Notes: generated from the letters alone by a model not told the origin. A stretch of DNA of 64,000 nucleotides from an uncultured Methanoregulaceae archaeon (GCA_963737635.1 CAVTTL010000001.1:1856001-1920000), one strand, 5' to 3'; positions 31,500 to 41,940 are shown, counted from the first letter of the stretch. Translations and numbers: made by a program.

Positions 31500-32031
31500 G
31501 GGTTATCACCCCGGCTTTTAAAAGACGGCTGAGAACCACAGCAGCAATAATACCCCCCAGACCGCCGAAGATGAAATGGGTGATGGATGCGGTGCCGATC
31601 CCGATAATAATAAAAACCGCCGGGATCCCAAGAAATGTCTGGAAAAGGTAGTTCACTACCATTTTTGCAAGGTTTCCCGCGGCCCCGGCGATAAACCCGG
31701 CTACCGGGTGGTCCAGCCGGTAGAAGAAGAAGAGCCCGGCAAGATCGATTGTTCCCGCTAAGGCCATGTAGATGAAAAGGTTGAAGATATGCAGGGTATC
31801 TGTCCCGAAGAGAGTGGCGAGGATCCCCGAAATGAATCCGATATATGTCCCGGCGCCCGGCTTTTTCACGATCCCTACACCGATAATAACCGGCACTACC
31901 CAGTAGATCCCGGTATGCCCGGGAATAGTCAGGGGAAGGGTAAAGGCCGTATTCATGACAAAAACGAGTGCGGCGCACAGCGAGAGCAGGGCAATCTCGT
32001 ACAGCGTAAAATACGGTTTTTTCACCGGCAT
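31486..32031 (-). CDS. ECF transporter substrate-specific (S) component with IPGHTG motif
   Basis: 181 aa, about six TM segments, KKPGAG loop; directly upstream of ecfA/ecfT. Confidence 0.8.
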   Translation of the reverse strand: MPVKKPYFTLYEIALLSLCAALVFVMNTAFTLPLTIPGHTGIYWVVPVIIGVGIVKKPGAGTYIGFISGILATLFGTDTLHIFNLFIYMALAGTIDLAGLFFFYRLDHPVAGFIAGAAGNLAKMVVNYLFQTFLGIPAVFIIIGIGTASITHFIFGGLGGIIAAVVLSRLLKAGVITHDEP

Positions 32032-32034
32032 GTG

Positions 32035-32841
32035 TCACACCCTTATTATCTGTGTCCTTACCCGGAGGGAGAAATTGTCGGGCTGCAGTCGGTCGACCGC
32101 GACCATTAAAAGGAGTGTGTCTCCCGGATCGGTTCCGGTAGCGGTGATGTAGAATGACCCGTCCAGGTCAGTGGTATTGGTGATACCTCCCACCGGTCGT
32201 GCAAGGCTTGGAGTGAGATGGAGAGCTCCCTGACCACTTGTTGCCGGAGGGAAGAATGCAAAGGGATACGTCGTCGCGGTCATTGCATCGGCATCTGTGA
32301 GCAGGTTGTTAGAAACATCAATCGTATACTGGTGCGAGGGTGACTGGGCAAGTGGTGTGGCCCCGGGCATAGAGGTCCCTGCAGTGGCATTACCGGTAAC
32401 GATATAAGCATTTGAACCCGTGCCGCTCTGCCGGTTCGTCCTCGTTGACCTGGGAGGGGTTTCCAGTCCATAGACATCAAAGACTGCCCTGCCACTGAGA
32501 TCGGTGAAATTGTACGTCAAGAGAACGGATCTGGTTCTTACTACATTCGGATTTCCGCTCACCGGAGAGGCATTCAGGTCAATAAACATCAGGTACCAGC
32601 TCCCGTTATCGGGAGCATCTTGTCCCGGTTCGATTCCCATGGGATCGTATCCCGGTCTCCAGGACTGCGGGCCATACTGGAACCCGGCCTTTGAGAAGAT
32701 CTTATCAAGGAGAATGCCGGGTGCCGGGGTCCCGGTATCTGCAGGAAGAATTGTATCACCTAATGTATCCAGAATAACCATCCCACCGAGAAAACAGCCG
32801 AGTAGTACCAGCGCGAGCCCGGCCCGGGTGCGAAACTCCAT
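32035..32841 (-). CDS. N-terminally anchored extracellular protein; circularly permuted copy of the uncharacterised YGPQxW domain
   Basis: TM/signal at the N-terminus. FQYGPQSWRP...YLMFIDL precedes GALHLT...GSFYITATG...LLLMVAV..PDNFSL, the reverse of the order in the other copies. Confidence 0.8.
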   Translation of the reverse strand: MEFRTRAGLALVLLGCFLGGMVILDTLGDTILPADTGTPAPGILLDKIFSKAGFQYGPQSWRPGYDPMGIEPGQDAPDNGSWYLMFIDLNASPVSGNPNVVRTRSVLLTYNFTDLSGRAVFDVYGLETPPRSTRTNRQSGTGSNAYIVTGNATAGTSMPGATPLAQSPSHQYTIDVSNNLLTDADAMTATTYPFAFFPPATSGQGALHLTPSLARPVGGITNTTDLDGSFYITATGTDPGDTLLLMVAVDRLQPDNFSLRVRTQIIRV

Positions 32842-32842
32842 C

Positions 32843-33552
32843 TCAATCCCGTTTGTCCTCGACTAACCGGCCGCTTTCTTCCTTGACAAAGAGGACGGTC
32901 TTGTCTCCAACAGGGCAGGGCCGGGGCGGCTTGTCGGGCCGGAAGAACACCGTCCCGTCAATAAACTGCCTGCCGTCAAGAGAACAGATCTCATCGATAC
33001 CGTGTTCCCGGAGGACTTTTACCGGCGCAGATGTAAGCAGATCGCGGATATCCCCTTTCTGGAGATATCTCCCGTCACTTTTACTGTAAGCAAGTCCGAT
33101 ACCGGCAAGGGCACCGATGACGCCATCCTCGGTACCTCCGAGACCTTTGAGCCTGATGCACAGGTTTTTTGCGAGTGTACGTGCCCTTTCCTGAGTGAGA
33201 ATAGTGCATTTTGCATCTTGGCCGTAGATAATGAGCGAAGGGGTGACCTGGCTTTCGGCAGCCACAGCAAGACCGGGATCGCTTCCCTCCAGGAAATCCC
33301 CGAGCATGACGTCTTCCGCAGTTTTGAAAATACGATCCATGGCACCGTCATCAGCCTGTACATGGATCACCGCGTTGCTGTTGTGGGAGGTATAGGGAAT
33401 ATCCGGGTGGACATACAGCTGGTGTCGTGTAACCCCGTAGACCGGATACTCTGCGGCGACGGTGTCGGCAATCGCCCGTGCCAGTTTCCCGGTACCCGCG
33501 GACCGGTGAGGGTATCGGTATCGTCAATACTGATATAGATCGTGTGGATCAG
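32843..33552 (-). CDS. stand-alone TiaS/Mmp11-like DDTD-motif protein (frameshift near 33497; no ATG at the expected start)
   Basis: Manual translation: IYISIDDTD../GTGKLARAIA...VTRHQLYVHPDIPYTSHNS...SDPGLAV...GVIGALAGIG. Confidence 0.75.
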
Positions 33553-33698
33553 CTCGATCGTACTCTGGGAAAAGAAAACAATTATAGTTTTGTTTAATTT
33601 TCCCGATTCTTAAATGATTGTGATTACCGGGAACGCCGTCGACCAGGGTCATGCCGGACCTGGTTTTTCAGTCCCCTCCTTCGGGGTATTTCCTTCGT

Positions 33699-35231
33699 TT
33701 ATGACCTCCCGGGCACAGCCAACCATTTCCTGAAATTCCCCGGGTCCGGGGCGTCTTTTGCAAACCCGACGGAGATTGCCCGGTTTAGTACCCAGCGGAT
33801 CTTCACCGTCAGTTCTTTATGGGCTCCTATAAGATTCTCCAGTTCTCCCCCCGTTAGTTCAGCGCCGTCACCAATCTCGTGGGAAAGGAAGATCCGGATT
33901 GCCCGGCCGGTCTTCCGGTACGCTTCCGGATAGAGATCGCGGGCGGCATCTGATTCAGCCTCGTTCAAGAGGCGGTTGGCGGCCTCCTGTGGCGATTCCT
34001 TTCGTTCCGGTTCAACAGTAGCAGGGAGATCTTTTTCCCGGAACCGGGCGAAGTACCAGATCCCTGCCGACAGGAGAAGGACACTGGCCAGTGCAATAGC
34101 AGGACCAGCATAGGAAAGCGGATCAACTGGGCTGTCTCCGGCAAATGCGATGACACTTCCGTTCTCAATCTCTGCGCTTGCGTGGAGCATGCGGTTGTCA
34201 GGATTTGAGTAGGTAAGATCTATGGTTTCCTGATCAAGCGTGACATTGATCCCGGTCTGGTTAAGCGTGAACCCGTTACCGGTGACGCTGTTCAGGTAGT
34301 CCTGGTAGGAGGCATTGTCGACCAACACACTTGGAAGGGGGACTGGATCATGAGACGATTCTTCAGCGAACATGACGTGGGTCTCATTTACCGATCCATC
34401 AATAACCGCGGTTTTTTTCCCGGACATATACATCTGTGAAAAAGTCCCGGTACTGTTTGAAACCGGGTGGATATCGGTCTTTTCTAGCATAAAACCACCG
34501 GCGGATAACGAGCGGTTCAGCGATTCTATAAGGGGATCGGTTGTAATATATCCCAACAGTTCATCCTGCTCTTTTTCGGATTGGTTGATTTCGCGTTCAA
34601 CTTCAGACTTGAATGCCTGGCTGTCCTGCGGGATTTGGGCATTGATGATCGCGGCGTCCGGGTTGTTTGCGACGTTTGGACGATTGGACGGTCCTTGTCC
34701 TAACTGACCGGTGCCAAAAGGGTTGCTGCCACTTGAACTGGACAGCGTATCCGTCCCGAACAGGGGGGTCTGATCTGGTGCAGGAGCCTGCGGGTTAGTG
34801 ACATAACGGACAGTAAGTTGTGGAAGGACGACACTGTGCTGGCCGCCGTTATCGTACGTAAAGATCACTGTTACCCTGTAATCTGCGGGAACATCTGATT
34901 CGCCCACGTTTATCATGATAGTCCGTTCATCGGTAAAAGCAGAGAGGGCCAGGGATTTGATGTTCTCGTTTGCCGATGCTGCGTTCTCCTGGACCGTCAT
35001 CAGGCTGAGCGTCCCCGTGACGTCATGGCTGTAGGTACTTACTATTGAGATCGGGAGAGCAGCCTGCATACCCACGGGGAAATAGTAGATATCCTGCGGT
35101 ATCGAGAGGTTAACGCCATCAGCAGCAACTGAAGGGATACCCAGAAAAATGGCAACAATGAGGAAGAGACCGGCTATCGGTAGTGTGGTAATATACCGTA
35201 GGTCCTTTGTTTGCCGGTTTGGATGGATCAT
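33699..35231 (-). CDS. secreted, single-TM membrane protein with cytoplasmic helical tail
   Basis: Signal peptide, beta-rich ectodomain, TM AIALASVLLLSAGIWYF, helical tail (AYRKTGRAIRIFL). Confidence 0.75.
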   Translation of the reverse strand: MIHPNRQTKDLRYITTLPIAGLFLIVAIFLGIPSVAADGVNLSIPQDIYYFPVGMQAALPISIVSTYSHDVTGTLSLMTVQENAASANENIKSLALSAFTDERTIMINVGESDVPADYRVTVIFTYDNGGQHSVVLPQLTVRYVTNPQAPAPDQTPLFGTDTLSSSSGSNPFGTGQLGQGPSNRPNVANNPDAAIINAQIPQDSQAFKSEVEREINQSEKEQDELLGYITTDPLIESLNRSLSAGGFMLEKTDIHPVSNSTGTFSQMYMSGKKTAVIDGSVNETHVMFAEESSHDPVPLPSVLVDNASYQDYLNSVTGNGFTLNQTGINVTLDQETIDLTYSNPDNRMLHASAEIENGSVIAFAGDSPVDPLSYAGPAIALASVLLLSAGIWYFARFREKDLPATVEPERKESPQEAANRLLNEAESDAARDLYPEAYRKTGRAIRIFLSHEIGDGAELTGGELENLIGAHKELTVKIRWVLNRAISVGFAKDAPDPGNFRKWLAVPGRS

Positions 35232-35480
35232 TTTTCACCCGGTCTCGTATTCCCCATGTTGCCGGGGAAGACCCCGTCTCCATGTGATCGTCTGATAGGA
35301 TCCGGTACTGGGCGGATACCATACAGCTCTCGTTTGGCGATATACTGAGTACGGGAAGGCCGGGTATCTCTTCATTGAGGATATATTTACTAACTTTGAA
35401 AATAAAAAGAATTACTCAACCAAAAAGTTAATCCCATTCGGTTAATTATTCTGGTTATTTGGATAACGGAGTATATTTTC

Positions 35481-37714
35481 ATGATCGAACCACGACAGGC
35501 AGGATGCCGAACGCAAGCCTGGAGGACAGTCCTCGTCATCGTTTTGGGTCTTTCTTTTTGTGTTGCACCGATACTTGCGGATGACGAGGCCGGCTCCGTT
35601 GGCGTATTTCCAGGATATTATGATATCAGTAACGTTATCTTTGCAAACGCAAACCAGGGGGCTTATTATTTCGCGTTCGATGAAGACGGCGGGGGGATCA
35701 ACGCCATCCATATGGCCTCGACCGATCAAGCCGCACCAAACTACGGTGATGTAACGACCACGACCTCCCCATCCGGTACGTTCTATATCACCGATACCGG
35801 CGGACGGGGATACCAGGATGAAGCCATTTTAATGGTCGCTGCAAAGGCACCGATCCCAAGCAACTTTTCCATCCATATCACATCCAGCGGGTATACCTGG
35901 ACCCCGACCGGGAATGCAAACGATCAGCCCATTCTTGCCAACGTCACGTATCACACCGGTATCGACTCTACGTTTACCCCCGGCCAGTTTGTCTACGGCC
36001 CCCAGAACTGGCGTCCTGCCGGGAAAAACCAACCGGAGAATTATCCCCTTTACAATGGTGACGATACCACCGATACGATCGATACATATTATCTGATGTT
36101 TGTCGATCTTAAGTCCGGGCCTTTAGGTCCCCATGGAAGCAATATCGATGAGAACACGATCAACACCCTCAATAACCACGGGGCGGTCCGGGTCGATTAT
36201 ACCCTCAGTAACTTAAATGCCGTCGTTGCATTCGATGCCTATTGCTGGAACTCGAATACCAATGGTGGTCCCCTGACCGACAGGGGCATCTCCTGGTCAA
36301 ATGGTCTCAATAGTCAGGCATCTGTTCCTTCGATGATCAGCGGGTATACCGTCCTTGGTCCTGCCTACGCCAGCGATCAAGGAGAGTTCCCCACCTTGGC
36401 CGGCCAGTCCCCGCAGTACAAATCACCCGATGCCTCATTTACGTCCAACGCAACATCCGGGACCGCGCCGCTTACCGTCCAGTTTACGGATACCACGCTC
36501 CAGTCCGTCAAAACATGGTCCTGGGACTTTGGTGACGGGAGCAACTCATCCGCGCAGAACCCGACGCATACGTATACGACCGCGGGAACCTATACCGTCA
36601 CCATGACCGTAACAAATCCCCAGGGAATGAGCGGTTCGGCGACGCAGGTCATTACAGTCACATCCTCCTCCGGCGGGAGTTCGTCCGGAGGGAGTGGCGG
36701 GGGAAGTGAGAGTGGTGGCTCCAGCGGTGGTTCAGGCAATAGTTTCGTTCCGGCGCAGGTCAGTTTCACCTCAAACGTAACCACCGGCGTAGCCCCGCTT
36801 GCGGTCCAGTTCACCGACACCTCGACCACCCGGAATATTTCGAGCTGGGCCTGGAACTTCATGGGGGGTAATAGTACGGATAGTTCTGAGCAGAACCCGA
36901 CGTTCGTCTTTACCAATGTCGGGAATTACACGGTGAACCTGACGGTAACTACATCAGACGGATCGGTCCTCAACGTCTCCCGGCAGGAGTACATCCAGGC
37001 GACTCTTCTCCCGGCATCCATGGGGGGCGGGTGGGTCTCCTCGGACCAGTATACCCCTCCTGCCACTACCGTGACGTATCCCCTGTCTGCGATTCCCTCC
37101 GGTGGATCAGCGACGGTTAACATCAGCCAGGAGGTGACCAGTACCGATCCGGCGGGATCAATTCGATCAGCATAACTGCAGCACGTTCGATCGCCGATAC
37201 AACCCTCAACGTTTCAGAAGGGGATGGCGGTGTCGATACTTCCCAGATCTCCAGTCGCCCGATAGCGGGCGTCGTCCAGATCGAACCGGTCGGCGTAGAC
37301 CCGTCATCGGTTAGCAGCGGGACCATCACGTTTGCGGTCAGTGATTCCTGGGTAACGTCTCACCAGATTTCAACCTCTGATATCGTCCTTGATCGCTATC
37401 ACGAAGGAAACTGGGTCGATCTCCCGACCGCGTACTCCTACCAGACCGGCGGATTGGATTTCTTTACCGCAACAACTCCCGGGTTCTCGTTCTTTGCCGT
37501 GACCGCAAAGTCGTCTACTGCAATGGTATCATCCGATACCGGTACGAATGGAGGTACGCAGGCAGTGAAATCGCCGGGAAATGCATCTCCTGCCGCGGTT
37601 TCATCCACTGGCAGATTTTCTCCTCTTGGGGTGAAGGTTGCCGAGACCCTTCTGGATTGCTTAATCGTCGTCGGTGTTGTCGGCGCCGGGGTGATCGTGT
37701 GGAAGAAGCTGTAA
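35481..37714 (+). CDS. surface protein: YGPQxW domain + 2 PKD + PGF-pre-PGF + TM anchor (frameshift near 37152)
   Basis: Signal peptide, WDFGDG and WNFMGG PKD domains. After a +1 shift the frame reads IEPVGVDPSSV...TTPGFSFFAV and ends in TM-WKKL. Confidence 0.85.
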
Positions 37715-37784
37715 CCGGAATCTACGGGTCAGCCGGATGTGTGTGCCAGACGGTTGGGGGCATATCTGAAGAGCGGGGACAGCC

Positions 37785-38567
37785 ATGGAACCTTTTGCAC
37801 TCACTACCATAACCGTCCTTCCCGGGAAGGCCAGGAACGGCTGCAGCGAATCCTTCAAGGAGATCACGATCCGTGCCGGTGATATGATATCGATTGTCGG
37901 CCCGACCGGTTCCGGGAAGACTGCATTCATCAACGATATCGAGGTCTTCGCCCGGAACGATACAGTGACCGGGCGCACGATCCTGGTCAATGGGGAAGTC
38001 CCCCCGGATGAGATGGTGCGGGACCCGGCACGAAAACCGATCGCCCTCATTACCCAGAACACCAAGTGTCTTGCGGATCTGACGGTCCGGGAGTTCCTAG
38101 AGATGCATGTGAAAGCCCGCAGGATCCCGGACGAATCCCGTACCGAGACCACGATCACCCTTGCAAACGAGTTTACCGGCGAGAAGATCGCGGGGGGGAT
38201 GCGGATGACGGCACTCTCCGGCGGTCAGACCCGGTCGCTCCTGATCGCTGATGCCATCGCGGTCAGCAGCGCCCCGATCATTCTTCTCGACGAAGTGGAG
38301 AGCGGGGGGATCTTTAAAGAGAATGTGATCGCGTCCCTCAAGAACAACAACAAAGCGGTCCTCTTTGTCACGCACGATCCTCTTCTTGCCCTCCTTTCGG
38401 ACCGGCGCATCGTCATGAGGAACGGGGCGGTTGAATCTATCCTCGAACCGGAAGGACGCGAGAAGAAGGTCCTCGCCCGGATCTCGGAACTTGACCGCTA
38501 CCTCTCCAGGATGCGGGAGAAGATCCGGGCCGGGGAACTCCTGGAAGATGAGGTGCCGGTCCCATGA
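37785..38567 (+). CDS. ABC-type ATPase with no adjacent permease
   Basis: GPTGSGKT, LSGGQ, ILLDEVE, VTHD. Confidence 0.9.
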   Translation: MEPFALTTITVLPGKARNGCSESFKEITIRAGDMISIVGPTGSGKTAFINDIEVFARNDTVTGRTILVNGEVPPDEMVRDPARKPIALITQNTKCLADLTVREFLEMHVKARRIPDESRTETTITLANEFTGEKIAGGMRMTALSGGQTRSLLIADAIAVSSAPIILLDEVESGGIFKENVIASLKNNNKAVLFVTHDPLLALLSDRRIVMRNGAVESILEPEGREKKVLARISELDRYLSRMREKIRAGELLEDEVPVP

Positions 38568-39273
38568 AACTGCTCATCTTTGCCGGACCCCCCAGTGCCG
38601 GAAAGACGGCTGTAATCCGCCAGATTATCCGGCAGCTGGCTCAGAAGTATGCAATCGCCTTTCTCAAGATCGATGTCGTACGGGCGTTCGAAGACGAGGA
38701 GTTGTCGGCGGAGTTCGGGATCCCGGCACGGAAAGTGTATTCCGGGGACGTCTGTCCGGATCATACCGGTATTCTGGTCCTCCGCGACGCGATCTCCTGG
38801 GCCGACGATCTCGGCGCCGGTATCCTGATCGTAGAGAGTGCCGGACTCTGTCTCCGGTGCACACCTTATACAACGCAGTCTCTCGGTATCGTCGTGCTCT
38901 CCGCGGTCGGTGGGACGAACAGTCCCCTCAAGATGGCGCCGATGATCGCGCTTGCCGATATTGCCGTTGTCACCAAGGTCGACTTGATTTCACAAGCGGA
39001 AAAAGAGGTCTTCCGGGAACGGGTGCGGGAGGTTGCGCCGGAGGTCGATATCATCGAGACCAATGCAGTGCAGGGAACCGGGACTCAGGTACCTGATGAA
39101 GGCGATAGAAGAAGTTCCTGCCATGACCGCCCCGGATGCGATCGTTCTCCGGGGCATGCCGCCGCTTGGGGTCTGTACCTATCTGTGCCGGGAAAAAGGA
39201 GATCGGGTGGCAGCACCATTTCGGGATCCTCAAGACTCTTGACAGTGCCGACGACCTCTACCGGGGAGAGTGA
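38564..39273 (+). CDS. UreG/HypB-like (G3E) GTPase (two frameshifts near 39081 and 39180)
   Basis: GPPSAGKT, CPDH, VESAGLCLRC, VTKVD. The repaired C-terminus reads GVCTICAGKKEIGWQHHFG...YRGE*. Confidence 0.85.
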
Positions 39274-39279
39274 AGGTTC

Positions 39280-40140
39280 ATGGTATGGGAACCGCCCGGC
39301 CGGAACTGCGGGGCCTGCGGAGTCGCGAACTGCAGCAATTTCCTGTTGATGGCCAAGATTGGGAAAAAGGATCTCGGAGACTGCCCCTATTACCCACGAC
39401 GGTCCGGCCCGGGCCGGGTACTGGCCCCTCCCGTGTATTCAGGCCGGGACATTCTCGGGCTCGATTACGATTTCGTGATAAAAGCGTTCCCGGACGAACC
39501 ATCTGCCCGCCGCTACATCCAGCCGTTCCGGCCCGACCTTGCCGAGCGATGGGAACTCGGGCCGGGAGATATCCTCCGGGGGCGGCCCATCGAACCCAGC
39601 TGCCCGGTCCAGCATGTGCTCCGGGTTATCTCATCCGACCCGGTGACGGGAATCCTTACCTGCCATACGGTTGGACCGGTAGTCGCCCGCAAGAGCGACA
39701 AGGTCTTCGATATCCGGGCCTACCATGAGATCGGGTTTGAAGGCGTGGCGGAGATTACCCGGCACGAGCCGGTGGTCGGGTTCCGAATGCGGTTCCTTCC
39801 TGCGAACTGTATGCGCCAGATGGTCCATTCAGGCGTTGTCCAGATGGTGCTGAACAAATCGACCGGTATTCACGTGCTGGTGGAGGATATCCAGATGCAC
39901 GGGAAACGGGAGAAATTAAAAGATATCACTATCCGGCCCGGTGACTCCGTCTCCATCAAGGACGAGTCAGGTTTCCAAAAGACGGTTTTCATCGATGGCA
40001 TTGAAGTACACAGTACCGATGGCACCTTCCTGGAACGATCCCGGGAGCATGGCAACCCGGATCACCCGGGACGCGGATCGGGTCAAGGTCATCGTCACCG
40101 CCACGATCATAGTGGGTCACGGCAGGACGATGATGATTAG
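39280..40140 (+). CDS. Fe-S-binding protein with His-rich C-terminal tail
   Basis: PGRNCGACGVANC...DCPY cluster motif, CPVQH, CMRQMVH, tail HGNPDH...GHRHRHDH. Confidence 0.85.
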   Translation: MVWEPPGRNCGACGVANCSNFLLMAKIGKKDLGDCPYYPRRSGPGRVLAPPVYSGRDILGLDYDFVIKAFPDEPSARRYIQPFRPDLAERWELGPGDILRGRPIEPSCPVQHVLRVISSDPVTGILTCHTVGPVVARKSDKVFDIRAYHEIGFEGVAEITRHEPVVGFRMRFLPANCMRQMVHSGVVQMVLNKSTGIHVLVEDIQMHGKREKLKDITIRPGDSVSIKDESGFQKTVFIDGIEVHSTDGTFLERSREHGNPDHPGRGSGQGHRHRHDHSGSRQDDDD

Positions 40141-40459
40141 CGGACCACACTATTTTCACGACGGCAGTAATTTCCACTTGATAAGTACATGGGTTAAGTT
40201 AACATCATAGTCTTTATTTTACTTTATAGTCATATTATTTTAGTTACTTATTTATAATGCAAAAGACAGTATTCATATGATAATGCTATCTCCTTCCTGG
40301 AGATTCGGTACAAGGTCTCATGAGTATACCCGAATCCGAAGGAAGGTCGGTCGATATGCATTATCTCCCAGAGCCTTTATGAAATACACCATAGACTCAC
40401 GCAGATAAAGAAAATAGGACACATGCACACAAACTTCCCGCGGGAACCGGTCTGAGGCC

Positions 40460-40782
40460 GGTTCGTCCCCGGGTTTGGGGTCGACTCTTTTCTAGGAATT
40501 TTATTGATTGGCGTCCTTTGGTTCAGGATCATCTTTTTGGAATTCCACGATTGAATTGATACCAACTTCGAATTTCACGCTTTGATCTTTCGAAAGCAGA
40601 ACAACTGTGCCACGCTTCAGGACCCGCTCGGTTTCTTCGATCAGATGGATCTCATAATCCTTGATAATAAATTCGTTGATTACGTCGTCAAAGGTTTGTC
40701 CCTGCTTTATGTGCTGGTAGACAATCCTCCAGATACGGAGGGTTACGGGACCTTTTTGTTGCGCATTCTGATTTTGTCGTGA
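40460..40782 (-). pseudogene. decayed antitoxin-RelE pair homologous to 54511-54998
   Basis: Minus-strand fragments KSECATKR, GQTFDDVINEF, HLIEE..KRG, then GTG-KFEV and DPKPG match the intact pair; frames are broken. Confidence 0.7.
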
Positions 40783-40924
40783 GAAACTGTGAAGTATTGT
40801 GCATATTTACTTTTACCTTACTGTAATTCGGAAGGTATTCCCGGCGGTAGTATTTATCTTTTAGAAATAACTATTATCTTTTATCCATGCTAATATGATC
40901 TGAAATACCAGATCCTGATGAACT

Positions 40925-41128
40925 ATGTCTGCAATCAAAACGAATGCTGTATATAAAGAAGGGACGCTGATACTTGAGGATCGTGTGAACCTGCCGGAAC
41001 ATGCCCGGGTAGAAGTTGTTATCCGGAAAAAATTTTCTGATTTCGTGAAAACCTTTGGAGCACCCGAGGCCAAAGAAGATATTGAAAACACTCTTGCGAA
41101 AAACCGGAGACGCATACGGGATGCATGA
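40925..41128 (+). CDS. DUF104/AF2212-like antitoxin
   Basis: IKTNAVYKEGTL..L...LPE..RVEV; overlaps the PIN gene. Confidence 0.8.
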   Translation: MSAIKTNAVYKEGTLILEDRVNLPEHARVEVVIRKKFSDFVKTFGAPEAKEDIENTLAKNRRRIRDA

Positions 41129-41597
41129 GTTTTCGTCCGGTATCATCGATACATCTGTGATCATCAAGGCACTTTTCTCTCCGTCACGAAAGGATGCGGG
41201 CGCTGCATATTCCCGGGAATTACGGACGCACCATACATGTGTGACGTTACTTGCCGCTCTCGATGAACATGGGATAGAGGTTTTTCTTCCCCGTTGCGGC
41301 CTTATTGAGATTGCTGCAGTAGCCACAAGGATCTCTAATTCTCGGGATTCCGGGGAGATCTGTAATGAAGTGGAAAGCAGTTATACGCTTGTCCCGGAAG
41401 ATCGGATTTTTGAAACGGCTAAGACCATTGCCCTCACTGAAGGTTGTCCCGGTTTTGATACATACTTTATTGCACTCGCTGAGCAGCAGGCATATCCACT
41501 TTTTACTGACGATATAGGAATGTTCCGGATCTGTCAGCGGAGATCGATTTCTGCCCATCTGATCCGGGATCTTGATCTCGAATCGCTTTTCTCCTGA
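41121..41597 (+). CDS. PIN-domain (VapC) toxin
   Basis: IIDTSVI, IEI, FDTYFIALA, LFTDD. Confidence 0.85.
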   Translation: MHEFSSGIIDTSVIIKALFSPSRKDAGAAYSRELRTHHTCVTLLAALDEHGIEVFLPRCGLIEIAAVATRISNSRDSGEICNEVESSYTLVPEDRIFETAKTIALTEGCPGFDTYFIALAEQQAYPLFTDDIGMFRICQRRSISAHLIRDLDLESLFS

Positions 41598-41855
41598 TCA
41601 GGTTTCTCCCGGTACGTTATATTGTACTGCGGATTTGCATCCGATGCTCATCACTCTTTCCCGGGCAGCTCCCGGATAATTCTCGGTGCATTTATTTCTT
41701 TGATTCTGTCTAATGGCCGGAATCCAGCACTACGTTATCGCGCATCGCGATTCTCACGGATGGTGTCTGTGGCAGGCAGACGTTTTCCTGCCGTACAGGT
41801 GTACCTCCCGCGCCCATGCGAGGAGCTCAACCTTGCGTTTTTGCCTGACCGCCCG

Positions 41856-41940
41856 TTCAAAGGCTGCCACACCTATGGCAGAACTATTGACGAGGCGCTT
41901 TCCCGCGTCAAGGAAGTTATTGAGCTCTGCATGGAGGATT
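41856..41940 (+). pseudogene. HicB antitoxin fragment
   Basis: FKGCHTYGRTIDEALSRVKEVIELC without a credible N-terminus. Confidence 0.65.

Noticed and set aside
33575-33591. AAAAC-N7-GTTTT inverted repeat upstream of the ECF operon
   Set aside because: Only 5-bp arms in AT-rich promoter DNA; too likely by chance to call an operator.
36660-36740. Low-complexity GC-rich tract
   Set aside because: It encodes an ordinary Gly/Ser linker between PKD domains.
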